Origin: Cronobacter sakazakii
GTDB taxonomy: Bacteria; Pseudomonadota; Gammaproteobacteria; Enterobacterales; Enterobacteriaceae
Length of the DNA: 64,000 bases
Assembly: GCF_000982825.1 (NCBI RefSeq)
Contig: NZ_CP011047.1
Coordinates: 1,398,690 to 1,462,689 of the forward strand
Direction: 5' to 3'
The notes under the pieces are model-generated. The model made no database searches. It saw only the letters and a list, made by a program, of their open reading frames with translations, and had not been told where the DNA came from. Positions 14,513-26,406 of this stretch are shown here, one piece after another (position 1 is the first letter of the stretch; each line of letters begins with the position of its first letter). The translations under genes and the position numbers were made by a program.

Positions 14513-16111
14513 ATGAATCAACAGGCAATTACCGCAGAACTGGCTTTCAGCCAGCCTTTTGGCGAGCAGGAACGGCAGATCCTGACGCCGGAGGCCGTCG
14601 AGTTTCTTACTGAACTGGTGGCGCGTTTCACGCCACAACGTAACGATCTGCTCGCCGCACGGCAACAGGTGCAGAAAGAAATTGATGGCGGAAAGCTGCC
14701 AGACTTTCTTTCGGAAACAGCTTCCATAAGAAACAGTGACTGGAAAATTCGCGGCATTCCTGAAGATTTGCAAGACCGCCGCGTCGAAATCACCGGCCCG
14801 GTCGAGCGCAAAATGGTCATCAATGCGCTGAATGCTAACGTCAAAGTATTCATGGCGGATTTTGAAGATTCCCTGGCACCCGCCTGGAACAAAGTCATCG
14901 AAGGGCAGATCAACCTGCGTGATGCGATAAAGGGCACAATTACCTGGACCAACGAGGCGGGCAAAATTTATCAGCTCAAGCCTGACCCTGCTGTGCTTAT
15001 CTGCCGTGTACGCGGCCTGCATCTGCCTGAAAAACATGTTACCTGGCGCGACGAACCCGTGCCTGGCAGCCTGTTTGATTTCGCGCTCTACTTCTTCCAT
15101 AACTATAAAAATCTGCTGGCCAAAGGCAGCGGCCCCTATTTCTACCTGCCGAAAACGCAGTCCTGGCAGGAGGCGGCCTGGTGGAGCGACGTCTTCAGCT
15201 ATGCCGAAGATCGCTTTAACCTGCCGCGCGGCACCATCAAAGCCACGCTGCTTATTGAAACGCTGCCTGCCGTTTTCCAGATGGACGAGATCCTGCACGC
15301 GCTGCGTGACCATATCGTCGGCCTCAACTGCGGCCGCTGGGATTACATCTTCAGCTATATCAAAACCCTTAAAAATCATCCCGACCGCGTCCTGCCGGAC
15401 AGACAATCCGTCACCATGGATAAGCCTTTCCTGAGCGCTTATTCGCGGCTGCTCATTAAAACCTGTCATCGCCGGGGCGCGTTCGCGATGGGCGGCATGG
15501 CCGCGTTCATCCCGAGCAAAGATACCGAGCGCAATAACTGGGTGCTTAACAAAGTGAAGGCGGATAAAGAGCTGGAAGCCGCGAACGGTCACGACGGCAC
15601 CTGGATTGCTCACCCCGGTCTTGGCGATACGGTCATGGCGGTTTTTGACGCCGCGCTGGGCGAGCATAAAAACCAACTGCATGTATTGCGTGAAAACGAC
15701 GCGCCCATCACCGCCGCGCAACTGCTTGAGCCATGCCCTGGCGAGCGCACGGAAGAGGGAATGCGCGCCAATATTCGCGTGGCGGTGCAGTACATCGAAG
15801 CCTGGATTTCCGGCAACGGCTGCGTACCGATTTATGGCCTGATGGAAGATGCCGCGACGGCGGAAATCTCACGCACCTCCATCTGGCAGTGGATACACCA
15901 CCAGAAAACGCTCAGCAACGGCAGCACAGTCACCAAAGATCTGTTCCGCCAGATGCTGGCCGAAGAGATGCGTGTCATTCAGGAGGAGCTTGGCGAGCAG
16001 CGCTACAGCCACGGCCGTTTTGACGAGGCCGCGCGCCTGATGGAGCAAATCACCACGTCTGATGAACTCATCGACTTCCTGACGCTGCCGGGCTATCGCC
16101 TGCTGGCCTGA
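14513..16111 (+). CDS. aceB: malate synthase A
   Basis: 532 aa, near-identical in length and sequence to E. coli AceB (…[11 protein letters not shown]…, ends TLPGYRLLA). Confidence 0.95.
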   Translation: MNQQAITAELAFSQPFGEQERQILTPEAVEFLTELVARFTPQRNDLLAARQQVQKEIDGGKLPDFLSETASIRNSDWKIRGIPEDLQDRRVEITGPVERKMVINALNANVKVFMADFEDSLAPAWNKVIEGQINLRDAIKGTITWTNEAGKIYQLKPDPAVLICRVRGLHLPEKHVTWRDEPVPGSLFDFALYFFHNYKNLLAKGSGPYFYLPKTQSWQEAAWWSDVFSYAEDRFNLPRGTIKATLLIETLPAVFQMDEILHALRDHIVGLNCGRWDYIFSYIKTLKNHPDRVLPDRQSVTMDKPFLSAYSRLLIKTCHRRGAFAMGGMAAFIPSKDTERNNWVLNKVKADKELEAANGHDGTWIAHPGLGDTVMAVFDAALGEHKNQLHVLRENDAPITAAQLLEPCPGERTEEGMRANIRVAVQYIEAWISGNGCVPIYGLMEDAATAEISRTSIWQWIHHQKTLSNGSTVTKDLFRQMLAEEMRVIQEELGEQRYSHGRFDEAARLMEQITTSDELIDFLTLPGYRLLA

Positions 16112-16145
16112 CCCTACACCACCACAACAACACGGAGCATCTGCC

Positions 16146-17453
16146 ATGACAACAACACGTACCCAACAGATTCAGCAGTTAGAGCAGGAATGGACAAACC
16201 CGCGCTGGGAGGGCATTCGCCGCCCTTATAGCGCGCAGGATGTGGTGAAATTACGCGGTTCGGTCAATCCGGAATGCACGCTGGCGCAGCTTGGCGCGGC
16301 GAGAATGTGGCGTCTGCTGCATGGCGAGTCGAAAAAGGGCTACGTCAACAGCCTGGGCGCGCTGACCGGCGGGCAGGCATTGCAGCAGGCGAAAGCGGGG
16401 ATCGAGGCGGTCTATCTCTCCGGCTGGCAGGTCGCGGCGGACGCCAACCTTGCCGCCAGCATGTATCCGGACCAGTCGCTCTATCCGGCGAACTCCGTGC
16501 CTGCGGTGGTTGAGCGGATCAACAACACGTTTCGTCGCGCCGATCAGATCCAGTGGGCTGCGGGCATTGAGCCTGGCGATCCGCGTTATGTCGACTATTT
16601 CCTGCCGATCGTGGCCGATGCCGAGGCGGGCTTCGGCGGCGTGCTGAATGCCTTTGAGCTGATGAAAGCGATGATTGAGGCTGGCGCTGCGGCGGTTCAC
16701 TTTGAAGATCAGCTCGCCTCGGTGAAAAAGTGCGGTCATATGGGCGGCAAAGTGCTGGTGCCCACGCAGGAAGCTATTCAGAAACTGGTCGCCGCACGGC
16801 TCGCGGCAGACGTTATGGGCGTTCCGACGCTGCTGATTGCGCGCACCGACGCCGATGCGGCGGATCTCATCACCTCCGACTGCGATCCGTATGATAGTGA
16901 ATTTATTACCGGCGAGCGTACCAGCGAAGGCTTCTTCCGTACCCGCGCGGGCGTCGAGCAGGCGATCAGCCGCGGGCTCGCCTATGCGCCGTATGCGGAT
17001 CTGGTGTGGTGCGAAACCTCCACGCCGGATCTCGATCAGGCAAGACGTTTCGCCGAAGCTATCCACGCGCGCTTCCCCGGTAAGCTCTTGGCGTATAACT
17101 GCTCGCCGTCGTTCAACTGGAAGAAAAAGCTCGATGACAAAACCATCGCGTCTTTCCAGGAGGAGCTGTCGGCGATGGGGTACAAATACCAGTTCATTAC
17201 GCTCGCGGGCATTCACAGCATGTGGTTCAACATGTTCGATCTCGCCCACGCCTACGCCCAGGGCGAAGGGATGCGGCATTACGTCGAGAAAGTGCAGCAG
17301 CCGGAATTTGCCGCGGGTAAAGAGGGCTACACCTTTGTGTCGCACCAGCAGGAGGTGGGCACCGGTTACTTTGATAATGTCACGACCATTATCCAGGGCG
17401 GCGTGTCATCCGTGACGGCGTTAACCGGCTCGACCGAAGAAGCGCAGTTCTGA
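16146..17453 (+). CDS. aceA: isocitrate lyase
   Basis: 435 aa, matches E. coli AceA, including the KKCGHMGGK active-site motif. Confidence 0.95.
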   Translation: MTTTRTQQIQQLEQEWTNPRWEGIRRPYSAQDVVKLRGSVNPECTLAQLGAARMWRLLHGESKKGYVNSLGALTGGQALQQAKAGIEAVYLSGWQVAADANLAASMYPDQSLYPANSVPAVVERINNTFRRADQIQWAAGIEPGDPRYVDYFLPIVADAEAGFGGVLNAFELMKAMIEAGAAAVHFEDQLASVKKCGHMGGKVLVPTQEAIQKLVAARLAADVMGVPTLLIARTDADAADLITSDCDPYDSEFITGERTSEGFFRTRAGVEQAISRGLAYAPYADLVWCETSTPDLDQARRFAEAIHARFPGKLLAYNCSPSFNWKKKLDDKTIASFQEELSAMGYKYQFITLAGIHSMWFNMFDLAHAYAQGEGMRHYVEKVQQPEFAAGKEGYTFVSHQQEVGTGYFDNVTTIIQGGVSSVTALTGSTEEAQF

Positions 17454-17461
17454 CGCTGCTT

Positions 17462-17690
17462 TAAGCGCAGCGCATGCACCGGTTGCCAGCGGCGGGTGCG
17501 CGTTGCTTACCCGCCCTACAGTCCACTGGATTTTGTGTAGGGTGGATAAGCGCAGCGCATCCACCGATTGTCAGCGGCGGGTGCGCGTCGTTACCCGCCC
17601 TACAACCGCTTTGATCCTGTGTAGGGTGGATAAGCGTAGCGCATCCACCGATCGTAGGCTGTGGGTGCGCGTGACTTATCTGCCATACCT
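17462..17690. repeat. REP/BIME cluster in the aceA-aceK intergenic region: four full REPs in alternating orientation plus a partial copy
   Basis: GCGGCGGGTGCGCGTTGCTTACCCGCCCTACA and the inverted partner TGTAGGGTGGATAAGCGCAGCGCATCCACC alternate, giving a ~108-bp unit repeated twice. E. coli also has REPs at this position. Confidence 0.8.
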
Positions 17691-17716
17691 TTTATTTTCA
17701 CACACGGAGCCTGCCT

Positions 17717-19507
17717 ATGCCGCCGCGTGGACTGGAGCTACTCATCGCCCAAACCATCCTGCAGGGGTTTGACGCGCAATATGGTCGTTTTCTGGAAATT
17801 ACCGCGGGCGCGCAGCACCGCTTCGAGCAGGCCGACTGGCACGCCGTCCAGCAGGCGATGAAAAGCCGTATCCATCTCTACGATCACCATGTCGGGCTGG
17901 TGGTGGAGCAGTTGCGCTGCATTATGGAAGGCAAGGCTACCGACCCCGATTTTCTGCTGCGCGTGAAGCGTCACTACACCGACTTGCTTCCCGATTATCC
18001 ACGCTTTGAAATCGCTGAAAGCTTTTTTAATTCGGTCTATTGCAGGCTTTATGATCACCGCTCGCTGACGCCAGACAGGCTGTTTATTTTCAGCTCCCAG
18101 CCCGAGCGACGTTTTCGCACCATGCCGCGACCGCTCGCGAAAAATTTTTTCCCGGAGCAGGGCTGGCAGCCGCTTCTGACCACCTTACTCACCGATCTCC
18201 CGCTGCGCCTGCCGTGGCAGGATCTGGCGCGCGACGTGCGCTACATCATCGCGCATCTCAATGAGACTCTCGGCCCGGCGCGCCTTGCGCAGGCGCATCT
18301 GGAAGTGGCGAACGAACTTTTTTACCGCAACAAAGCCGCGTGGCTGGTGGGCAAACTGCGCCTGCCTGACGCCACGCTGCCTTTTCTGCTGCCTGTCCAC
18401 CGCAGCGACGACGGCGAACTGTTTGTCGACACCTGCCTTACCGGCAGCGCCGGGGCGAGCATCGTTTTCGGCTTCGCCCGCTCTTATTTCATGGTGTATG
18501 CGCCGCTGCCCGCCGCGCTTGTCGAATGGCTGCGCGAAATCCTGCCGGGCAAAACCACGGCTGAGCTCTATATGGCGATTGGCTGCCAGAAACACGCCAA
18601 AACCGAAAGCTACCGCGAATATCTCCACTATCTGCGTCACGCCGACGAGCAGTTTATCGAGGCGCCAGGCATTCGCGGCATGGTGATGCTGGTCTTCACG
18701 CTGCCGGGGTTTGATCGCGTCTTTAAAGTCATCAAAGACCGCTTCGCCCCGCAAAAAGAGATGAGCGAAGCGCATGTGCGCGCCTGCTACCAGCTGGTCA
18801 AAGAGCACGACCGCGTCGGGCGCATGGCGGATACTCAGGAGTTTGAAAACTTCGTCATTGAAAAACGCCGTATCAGCCCGGAACTGATGGCGCTGCTGCA
18901 ACAGGAGGTCGGGCAGAAGCTCACCGACATGGGCGATAAAATCTCCATCAGCCATCTCTATATTGAGCGCCGGATGGTGCCGCTCAATATCTGGCTGGAG
19001 CAGGCGACGGGCCAGCAGCTGCGCGACGCCATCGAAGAGTATGGCAACGCCATCCGCCAGCTCGCCGCCGCCAACATCTTTCCCGGCGACATGCTGTTTA
19101 AAAACTTCGGCGTCACGCGCCACGGGCGGGTCGTGTTCTACGATTACGACGAGATCTGCTACATGACCGAAGTAAACTTTCGCGATATCCCGCCGCCGCG
19201 CTACCCGGAGGACGAGCTCAGCGCCGAGCCCTGGTACAGCGTAGCGCCCGGCGACGTCTTCCCGGAGGAGTTTCGCCACTGGCTCTGCGCCGACCCGAAA
19301 ATCGGCCCGCTGTTTGAGGAGATGCATAGCGATCTGTTCAGCGCCAGCTACTGGCGCGCGCTACAGACGCGCATTCGTGAAGGGTATGTGGAGGATGTGT
19401 ACGCGTACCGCCGCCGCCAGCGCTTTTGCGTGCGCTGGAAAAACCACAACGGCCACCCGGAGGCAGCCGTTTCAGCGATTGCGCCCTCTGCGGTGGGCGA
19501 AGGCTAA
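17717..19507 (+). CDS. aceK: isocitrate dehydrogenase kinase/phosphatase
   Basis: 596 aa, [25 protein letters not shown]... It is colinear with E. coli AceK. The last ~25 residues diverge. Confidence 0.93.
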   Translation: MPPRGLELLIAQTILQGFDAQYGRFLEITAGAQHRFEQADWHAVQQAMKSRIHLYDHHVGLVVEQLRCIMEGKATDPDFLLRVKRHYTDLLPDYPRFEIAESFFNSVYCRLYDHRSLTPDRLFIFSSQPERRFRTMPRPLAKNFFPEQGWQPLLTTLLTDLPLRLPWQDLARDVRYIIAHLNETLGPARLAQAHLEVANELFYRNKAAWLVGKLRLPDATLPFLLPVHRSDDGELFVDTCLTGSAGASIVFGFARSYFMVYAPLPAALVEWLREILPGKTTAELYMAIGCQKHAKTESYREYLHYLRHADEQFIEAPGIRGMVMLVFTLPGFDRVFKVIKDRFAPQKEMSEAHVRACYQLVKEHDRVGRMADTQEFENFVIEKRRISPELMALLQQEVGQKLTDMGDKISISHLYIERRMVPLNIWLEQATGQQLRDAIEEYGNAIRQLAAANIFPGDMLFKNFGVTRHGRVVFYDYDEICYMTEVNFRDIPPPRYPEDELSAEPWYSVAPGDVFPEEFRHWLCADPKIGPLFEEMHSDLFSASYWRALQTRIREGYVEDVYAYRRRQRFCVRWKNHNGHPEAAVSAIAPSAVGEG

Positions 19508-19513
19508 AGCGAA

Positions 19514-19540
19514 GGCGTCAGAAGGAGAACCTCTGACGCC
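19514..19540. terminator. bidirectional stem-loop between the convergent aceK and iclR genes
   Basis: GGCGTCAGA AGGAGAACC TCTGACGCC, a 9-bp stem. Confidence 0.6.
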
Positions 19541-19550
19541 CGCAGGCCAT

Positions 19551-20387
19551 TTAACGAACGCCGCCGAAAGCCTGCGTCACTTCTTTTGCCGCGCGGATCA
19601 CCATCGCGCCTAACTCCGTCACGCGATCGTCCGTCATGCGTGAAATCGGGCCGGAAATAGAGATCGCGGCGAACGCCTCGTGGTGCTCGTCGTAAATGCA
19701 GGCCGCCACGCAGCGCAGGCCAAGCGCGTGCTCTTCATCATCAAACGAATAGCCGCGCTTGCGCGTCTGGGCGAGATCGTCTTTCAGATGCGCAGGTGCC
19801 ACCAGCGTCGCGTGCGTATAGGCTTTCAACCCCTGACGATGCAGCAGCGCGGAGACATCTTCATCGCTTAACTGCGACAAAAACGCTTTACCGGCACCGG
19901 ACGCGTGCATCGGCAGCTTGCCGCCAATCGGCGCGGACATACGCATCAGCTGGGTACACTGGACCTGGTCGATAATAATGGCCTGATGGTCGCTCTTATC
20001 CAGCACGGCGAGGTTCACGGTTTCGCCGGACTCTTCCATCAGTTTGCGCAGAATCGGGTGGACAATCGCCAGCAGGTTGCGGCTTTGCAGAAAACTGCTG
20101 CCGATAATAAAGGCGTGCGCGCCGATGGCCCAGTGGCCTAAATCGCCGACCTGGCGCACAAAGCCCAGCTGCTGCATAGTCGTCAGCAGGCGGTGAGTGG
20201 TGGAATTCGGCAATCCGGCTTGCTGCGCCAGCTCCGTCAGCGCCACGCTACCCTGCGATTCAGCTATCCACTCCAGCAGTTTCAGGCCGCGCGTAAGCGA
20301 CTGCACCTGGCCCGTTGCCTGCGGGGCGGCAGCAGCGGCGGCGTTGCGGGGCTTTTTGCCACGTTTAGCGGGTACGGTAGCGACCAT
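19551..20387 (-). CDS. iclR: glyoxylate-bypass repressor IclR
   Basis: 278 aa, …GQVQSLTRGLKLLEWIAES.GSVALTELAQQAGLPNSTTHRLLTTMQQ…, colinear with E. coli IclR. Confidence 0.93.
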   Translation of the reverse strand: MVATVPAKRGKKPRNAAAAAAPQATGQVQSLTRGLKLLEWIAESQGSVALTELAQQAGLPNSTTHRLLTTMQQLGFVRQVGDLGHWAIGAHAFIIGSSFLQSRNLLAIVHPILRKLMEESGETVNLAVLDKSDHQAIIIDQVQCTQLMRMSAPIGGKLPMHASGAGKAFLSQLSDEDVSALLHRQGLKAYTHATLVAPAHLKDDLAQTRKRGYSFDDEEHALGLRCVAACIYDEHHEAFAAISISGPISRMTDDRVTELGAMVIRAAKEVTQAFGGVR

Positions 20388-20584
20388 AGCGGCCTCCTTT
20401 TCTGTATCGTGGAAATCATTTTCGTTTTATTTGGCGATAATGCAACCGCCAGGCAACTCATCGGAGCAGTCAATAATGAACATGTCTCAAGTTGCCGTCG
20501 CTCGCCTTCCCCGGCCGATCGCTTTATGCCAGTATGGTTTGCTGGCCTTTCCGGCCTGGGTTTTGTCGAGTATCAGGAGCACAT

Positions 20585-23500
20585 GTGAGTAGCAAATCTG
20601 AACAGCTGCACCGGCAATTAGCGGAACGCATTATGGTGCTGGACGGCGGTATGGGCACTATGATCCAGAGCTACCGTCTGGATGAAGAGGATTTCCGCGG
20701 CGAGCGTTTCGCCGACTGGCCGTGCGATCTTAAAGGTAACAATGACCTGCTGGTACTCACTAAGCCAGATATCATCGCCGCTATCCACTACGCCTACTTT
20801 GAAGCGGGCGCCGATATCATCGAGACCAATACCTTTAACTCGACGACCATCGCGATGGCCGATTACCAGATGGAATCGCTGTCGGCGGAAATCAACTACG
20901 AAGCCGCGAAGCTGGCCCGCGCCTGCGCCGATGAATGGACGGCGCGCACGCCGGAAAAACCGCGTTACGTGGCAGGTGTGTTAGGGCCTACTAACCGTAC
21001 AGCGTCGATTTCTCCTGATGTTAACGACCCGGCCTTCCGTAATATTACTTTTGATCAGCTGGTGGAGGCTTACCGCGAATCCACGCGCGCGCTGATTGAG
21101 GGCGGCGCAGATCTGATTCTCATCGAAACGGTCTTCGATACGCTTAACGCCAAGGCCGCGATTTTCGCCGTGAAGGCGGAGTTCGAGGCGCTCGGCGTCG
21201 AGCTGCCCATCATGATCTCCGGCACAATCACCGACGCCTCGGGCCGCACGCTGTCGGGCCAGACCACCGAGGCGTTTTATAACTCGCTGCGCCATGCTGA
21301 CGCGCTCACCTTCGGCCTTAACTGCGCGCTGGGCCCGGACGAGCTGCGCCAGTACGTGGCGGAGCTGTCGCGCATCGCCGAGTGCTACGTCACCGCGCAC
21401 CCCAACGCGGGCCTGCCCAATGCCTTCGGGGAATATGATTTAGACGCTGACGTGATGGCCGCGCAAATCCGCGAGTGGGCGCAGTCAGGATTTCTGAATA
21501 TTGTCGGCGGCTGCTGCGGCACCACGCCGGAGCATATCGCAGCGATGAGCCGCGCGGTGGAAGGTTTACCGCCGCGTAAACTGCCGGATATTCCCGTCGC
21601 CTGCCGTCTGGCGGGCCTTGAGCCGCTCAACATCGGCGACGATTCGCTGTTTGTGAACGTCGGCGAGCGTACCAACGTCACCGGCTCGGCCAAATTTAAG
21701 AGGTTGATTAAAGAAGAGAAATACAGCGAAGCGCTGGACGTGGCGCGCCAGCAGGTCGAAAACGGCGCGCAGATTATCGATATCAACATGGATGAGGGGA
21801 TGCTCGACGCCGAAGCGGCGATGGTGCGTTTCCTCAACCTTATCGCGGGTGAGCCAGACATCGCCCGCGTGCCGATTATGATCGACTCCTCGAAATGGGA
21901 CGTTATCGAAAAAGGCCTGAAATGCATTCAGGGCAAAGGCATCGTTAACTCGATCTCCATGAAAGAGGGCGTCGAGGCGTTCGTGCATCACGCGAAGCTG
22001 GTGCGCCGCTATGGCGCGGCGGTGGTAGTGATGGCGTTTGACGAAGTGGGCCAGGCCGACACCCGCGAGCGTAAAATTGAAATTTGCCGCCGCGCTTACA
22101 AAATCCTCACCGAAGAGGTCGGCTTCCCGCCGGAAGATATTATCTTCGACCCGAACATTTTCGCGGTCGCGACCGGCATCGATGAGCACAACAACTACGC
22201 GCAGGATTTTATCGGCGCGTGTGAAGACATTAAACGCGAGCTGCCGCATGCGCTGATCTCCGGCGGCGTCTCTAACGTCTCGTTCTCGTTTCGCGGCAAC
22301 GACCCGGTGCGCGAGGCGATCCACGCCGTGTTCCTCTACTACGCCATCCGCAACGGCATGGACATGGGTATCGTTAACGCCGGGCAACTGGCGATTTACG
22401 ACGATCTGCCCACCGAGCTGCGCGACGCGGTAGAAGACGTCATCCTTAACCGCCGTGCCGATGGCACCGAGCGGCTGTTGGCGCTTGCCGAAAAGTACCG
22501 CGGCAGCAAAGCGGATAACGCGGCAGATGCCCAGCAGGCGGAATGGCGCACGTGGGATGTCAAAAAGCGCCTTGAGTATTCACTGGTCAAAGGCATTACC
22601 GAGTTTATCGAGCAGGATACCGAAGAGGCGCGCCAGCAGGCGGCCCGCCCGATTGAGGTCATTGAAGGCCCGCTGATGGACGGCATGAACGTGGTCGGCG
22701 ATCTGTTCGGCGAGGGCAAAATGTTCCTGCCACAGGTGGTGAAATCGGCCCGCGTGATGAAACAAGCGGTGGCGTATCTTGAGCCGTACATCCAGGCCAG
22801 TAAAGAAGTGGGCAAGAGCAACGGCAAAATCGTGCTTGCGACCGTGAAAGGCGATGTCCACGACATCGGCAAAAACATCGTTGGCGTGGTGTTGCAGTGC
22901 AACAACTACGAGATTATCGATCTCGGCGTGATGGTGCCGACGGATAAAATCCTCAAAACCGCGCGTGAAGTGAACGCCGATATTATCGGGCTTTCCGGGC
23001 TCATCACGCCGTCGCTTGATGAGATGGTCAATGTGGCGAAAGAGATGGAGCGTCAGGGCTTTACGCTGCCGCTGCTCATCGGCGGCGCGACCACCTCGAA
23101 AGCCCATACGGCGGTGAAAATCGAGCAGAACTACAGCGGGCCGACGGTCTATGTCCAGAACGCCTCACGTACCGTGGGCGTGGTCTCTGCGCTGCTCTCA
23201 GACACGCTGCGTGACGATTTCGTCGCACGCACCCGCAAAGAGTATGAAACCGTGCGCATTCAGCACGGGCGCAAAAAACCGCGCACGCCGCCGGTGACGC
23301 TCGCCGCCGCGCGTGAAAACGATCTGGCGTTTGACTGGCGAAGCTACACGCCGCCCGCCGCGCACCGTCTGGGCGTCGAAGAAGTAACAGCAAGCATCGA
23401 GACGCTGCGCAACTACATCGACTGGACGCCGTTCTTTATGACCTGGTCGCTCGCCGGGAAATACCCGCGCATTCTGGAAGATGAGGTTGTGGGCGAAGAG

Positions 23501-24268
23501 GCGCAGCGCCTGTTTAAAGACGCCAACGAGATGCTCGACAAACTGAGCGCCGAAAAATCCCTGACGCCGCGCGGCGTGGTGGGGCTTTTCCCGGCGAACC
23601 GCGTGGGTGACGATATCGAAATCTACCGCGACGAGACCCGCACGCATGTGTTGTCAGTAAGTCATCACTTACGTCAGCAGACCGAGAAAGTGGGCTTTGC
23701 GAACTACTGTCTGGCCGATTTCGTCGCGCCAAAACACAGCGGCAAAGCAGACTACCTCGGCGCGTTCGCCGTGACCGGCGGGCTGGAGGAAGACGCGCTG
23801 GCGGAGGCCTTCGACGCGCAGCATGATGATTACAATAAAATCATGGTTAAAGCGGTGGCCGACCGTCTGGCGGAAGCGTTCGCCGAGTATCTGCATGAGC
23901 GCGTGCGTAAAGTGCTGTGGGGCTACGCGCCGTATGAAAACCTTAGTAATGAGGAGCTCATCCGCGAAAATTATCAGGGCATTCGCCCGGCGCCGGGTTA
24001 TCCCGCCTGCCCGGAGCACACCGAGAAATCGGTTATCTGGGATCTGCTGGACGTGGAAAACCGCATCGGCATGAAACTCACGGAGTCCTACGCCATGTGG
24101 CCAGGCGCGTCAGTCTCCGGCTGGTATTTCAGCCACCCGGAAAGCAAATATTTCGCCGTGGCGCAGATCCAGCGCGACCAGGTGGAAGATTACGCGCAGC
24201 GCAAAGGGATGAGCGTGAGCGAGGTAGAGCGGTGGCTCGCGGCGAACCTTGGTTACGACGCCGATTAG
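20585..24268 (+). CDS. metH: cobalamin-dependent methionine synthase
   Basis: A GTG start preceded by AGGAG gives 1227 aa, the same length as E. coli MetH. The protein is colinear with it ([28 protein letters not shown]...). The 1258-aa ORF-track version is a 5' extension. Confidence 0.95.
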   Translation: MSSKSEQLHRQLAERIMVLDGGMGTMIQSYRLDEEDFRGERFADWPCDLKGNNDLLVLTKPDIIAAIHYAYFEAGADIIETNTFNSTTIAMADYQMESLSAEINYEAAKLARACADEWTARTPEKPRYVAGVLGPTNRTASISPDVNDPAFRNITFDQLVEAYRESTRALIEGGADLILIETVFDTLNAKAAIFAVKAEFEALGVELPIMISGTITDASGRTLSGQTTEAFYNSLRHADALTFGLNCALGPDELRQYVAELSRIAECYVTAHPNAGLPNAFGEYDLDADVMAAQIREWAQSGFLNIVGGCCGTTPEHIAAMSRAVEGLPPRKLPDIPVACRLAGLEPLNIGDDSLFVNVGERTNVTGSAKFKRLIKEEKYSEALDVARQQVENGAQIIDINMDEGMLDAEAAMVRFLNLIAGEPDIARVPIMIDSSKWDVIEKGLKCIQGKGIVNSISMKEGVEAFVHHAKLVRRYGAAVVVMAFDEVGQADTRERKIEICRRAYKILTEEVGFPPEDIIFDPNIFAVATGIDEHNNYAQDFIGACEDIKRELPHALISGGVSNVSFSFRGNDPVREAIHAVFLYYAIRNGMDMGIVNAGQLAIYDDLPTELRDAVEDVILNRRADGTERLLALAEKYRGSKADNAADAQQAEWRTWDVKKRLEYSLVKGITEFIEQDTEEARQQAARPIEVIEGPLMDGMNVVGDLFGEGKMFLPQVVKSARVMKQAVAYLEPYIQASKEVGKSNGKIVLATVKGDVHDIGKNIVGVVLQCNNYEIIDLGVMVPTDKILKTAREVNADIIGLSGLITPSLDEMVNVAKEMERQGFTLPLLIGGATTSKAHTAVKIEQNYSGPTVYVQNASRTVGVVSALLSDTLRDDFVARTRKEYETVRIQHGRKKPRTPPVTLAAARENDLAFDWRSYTPPAAHRLGVEEVTASIETLRNYIDWTPFFMTWSLAGKYPRILEDEVVGEEAQRLFKDANEMLDKLSAEKSLTPRGVVGLFPANRVGDDIEIYRDETRTHVLSVSHHLRQQTEKVGFANYCLADFVAPKHSGKADYLGAFAVTGGLEEDALAEAFDAQHDDYNKIMVKAVADRLAEAFAEYLHERVRKVLWGYAPYENLSNEELIRENYQGIRPAPGYPACPEHTEKSVIWDLLDVENRIGMKLTESYAMWPGASVSGWYFSHPESKYFAVAQIQRDQVEDYAQRKGMSVSEVERWLAANLGYDAD

Positions 24269-24297
24269 TTTCGGATTAGGCCTGTAAGACGAACACG

Positions 24298-24625
24298 CCG
24301 GTGGGTGCGCACGGCTTACCCACCCTACAACTGAAGCGTAGGGCGGGTAAGCGCAGCGCACCCGCCGTTCCCGTCATTATCCAACAACCACCATTTCCGC
24401 GATCCTCAACGCGCTGGTGGGTGCGCGTTGCTTACCCACCCTACAACTGAAACGTAGGGCGGGTAAGCGTAGCGCACCCGCCGTTCCGTCATTATCCAAC
24501 AACCACCATTTCCGCGATCCTCAACGCGCCGGTGGGTGCGCACGGCTTACCCACCCTACAACTGACGCGTAGGGCGGGTAAACGCAGCGCACCCGCCGTT
24601 CCGTCATGATCCAGCACCCATCATT
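24298..24625. repeat. tandem BIME array: ~116-bp unit, about 2.8 copies. Each unit is an inverted REP pair plus a conserved ~55-bp spacer
   Basis: The unit CCGGTGGGTGCGCACGGCTTACCCACCCTACAACTGAAGCGTAGGGCGGGTAAGCGCAGCGCACCCGCCGTTCCCGTCATTATCCAACAACCACCATTTCCGCGATCCTCAACGCG recurs at ~24298, ~24415 and ~24530 with a few substitutions. Confidence 0.85.
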
Positions 24626-24758
24626 CCCGCCTAATTCAACTCCCGGTTGACCCTTCATATACCCACCCGCCAATACTTCCTCCGGTTAATTACTTATACT
24701 CATCAAAGGAGCGGCATCGCGCCTGCTTCTTAGGAAAACACAACGATAAGGAGAAGCC

Positions 24759-26390
24759 GTGTTAACGCTGTTACACCTGCTTTCTGCTGTGGCGCTGCTC
24801 GTCTGGGGCACTCACATCGTGCGTACCGGCGTCATGCGCGTCTTCGGCGCGCGCTTAAGAAGCGTGCTCAGCCGCAGCGTTGAGAAAAAACCGCTCGCCT
24901 TCTGCGCGGGCATTGGCGTGACGGCGCTGGTGCAGAGCAGCAACGCCACCACGCTGCTTGTCACCTCGTTCGTCGCGCAGGATCTGGTGGCGCTGACGCC
25001 CGCGCTCGTCATCGTGCTTGGCGCGGATGTCGGTACGGCGCTCATGGCGCGCGTGCTCACCTTCGATCTCTCGTGGCTCTCGCCGCTGTTGATTTTTATC
25101 GGCGTCATCTTCTTTCTGGGCCGTAAACAGAGCCGCGCCGGCCAGCTCGGGCGCGTCGCTATCGGCCTCGGGCTGATTTTGCAGGCGCTGGAGCTCATCG
25201 TGCAGGCGGTTACGCCCATCACCAACGCCTCTGGCGTACAGGTGATTTTCGCCTCGCTCACCGGCGATATCATGCTCGACGCGCTGATAGGCGCGGTGTT
25301 CGCGGTCATCAGCTACTCAAGCCTGGCGGCGGTTCTGCTCACCGCGACGCTCACCGCCACGGATGTCATCTCCTTTCAGGTGGCGCTCTGTCTGGTGATT
25401 GGCGCAAACCTCGGCTCCGGCCTGCTCGCGATGCTCAACAACGGTGCCGCCAGCCCGGCGGCGCGGCGTGTGGCGCTCGGCAGTCTGCTGTTTAAGCTGG
25501 TGGGCAGCGTGCTGGTACTGCCTTTCGTGCCGCTGCTGGCGCAATCCCTGCACAGGCTGCCGGTAGAGGAATCGGAGCTGGTTATCTATTTCCACGTCTT
25601 CTATAACCTCATCCGTTGCCTGGTGATGGTGCCCTTCGCGGGCATGATGGCGCGTCTCTGTCAGCGCATCATCCCGGACGCCCCGGAAACCGATCTGCGC
25701 ATGAAGCCCCGGCATCTTGACCCGAGCGCGCTGGACACGCCAGCGCTGGGCCTCGCCAACGCCGCGCGCGAAACGCTGCGCATCGGCGACGTGCTGGAGC
25801 AGATGCTGGAGGTCTACGGCAAAGTGATGCATGGCGAACCGCGTCAGGAGAAGACACTGCGGCGGCTCGCCGACGACGTGGATGTGCTCTACACCGCCAT
25901 TAAGCTTTATATGGCGCGCATGCCGAAAGAAGATCTGGCGGAAGATGAGGCGAAGCGCTGGGCGGAAATCATTGAAATGTCGCTAAATCTTGAACAGGCG
26001 GCGGATATTCTGGAGCGTATGGGCAGCGAAGTGGCGAATAAATCGCTGGCCGCGCGCCGCGCGTTTTCACCAGAAGGCGTGAAAGAGCTGGATACGCTGC
26101 TGGAGAAACTGACCGCCAACCTGAAGCTCAGCCTGTCGGTCTTTTTCGCGGGTGACGTACAAAGCGCTCGCCGCCTGCGACGCCATAAGCACCGTTTTCG
26201 CATTCTCAACCGCCGTTACGCGCACGCCCATGTGGACCGGCTGCATCAGCAAAACGTGCAGAGTATCGAAACCAGCTCGCTGCATCTGGGGTTGCTTGGC
26301 GATATGAAGCGACTCAACTCGCTGTTCTGCGCCGTGGCCTACAGCATCCTCGAACAGCCGGATGACGATGAGGAGCGGCTGGAAGAGTAG
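24759..26390 (+). CDS. yjbB: YjbB, a Na+/phosphate cotransporter (PNaS family) membrane protein
   Basis: 543 aa. GTG start after TAAGGAGAAG. The N-terminal half is polytopic and hydrophobic, and the C-terminal half is a soluble PhoU-like domain. Same length as E. coli YjbB. Confidence 0.85.
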   Translation: MLTLLHLLSAVALLVWGTHIVRTGVMRVFGARLRSVLSRSVEKKPLAFCAGIGVTALVQSSNATTLLVTSFVAQDLVALTPALVIVLGADVGTALMARVLTFDLSWLSPLLIFIGVIFFLGRKQSRAGQLGRVAIGLGLILQALELIVQAVTPITNASGVQVIFASLTGDIMLDALIGAVFAVISYSSLAAVLLTATLTATDVISFQVALCLVIGANLGSGLLAMLNNGAASPAARRVALGSLLFKLVGSVLVLPFVPLLAQSLHRLPVEESELVIYFHVFYNLIRCLVMVPFAGMMARLCQRIIPDAPETDLRMKPRHLDPSALDTPALGLANAARETLRIGDVLEQMLEVYGKVMHGEPRQEKTLRRLADDVDVLYTAIKLYMARMPKEDLAEDEAKRWAEIIEMSLNLEQAADILERMGSEVANKSLAARRAFSPEGVKELDTLLEKLTANLKLSLSVFFAGDVQSARRLRRHKHRFRILNRRYAHAHVDRLHQQNVQSIETSSLHLGLLGDMKRLNSLFCAVAYSILEQPDDDEERLEE

Positions 26391-26406
26391 CCTTACAAAG
26401 CCGCTT

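Noticed and set aside
14492-15721. A 409-aa antisense ORF across aceB. The same applies to similar long antisense ORFs over aceA (16251-17345), aceK (18185-19327), metH (21566-22387, 22580-23107), rtcB (32528-33484), yjbH (40983-41810, 41886-42791), malE (47178-48224), malM (51599-52375) and the TraF-like gene (61111-62193)
   Set aside because: Each one shadows a well-supported conserved gene on the opposite strand. Their composition is Arg/Ala/Gly-rich, which is what GC-rich antisense reading frames look like. None has an RBS.
17462-17716. Short ORFs at 17503-17772 and 17661-17861 reading through the aceA-aceK REP cluster. The same applies to 46720-47033 in the malE-malF REPs
   Set aside because: They are built from REP palindromes. 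The same peptide motifs (LRLPTLHGV, AYPPY) recur wherever REPs occur, so they come from the repeats and not from real coding sequence.
20492-20584. A 31-codon N-terminal extension of metH in the ORF track, which would make a 1258-aa protein
   Set aside because: The GTG at 20585 with an AGGAG RBS gives exactly the 1227-aa conserved MetH. The extension overlaps the divergent iclR/metH promoter region and has no homolog.
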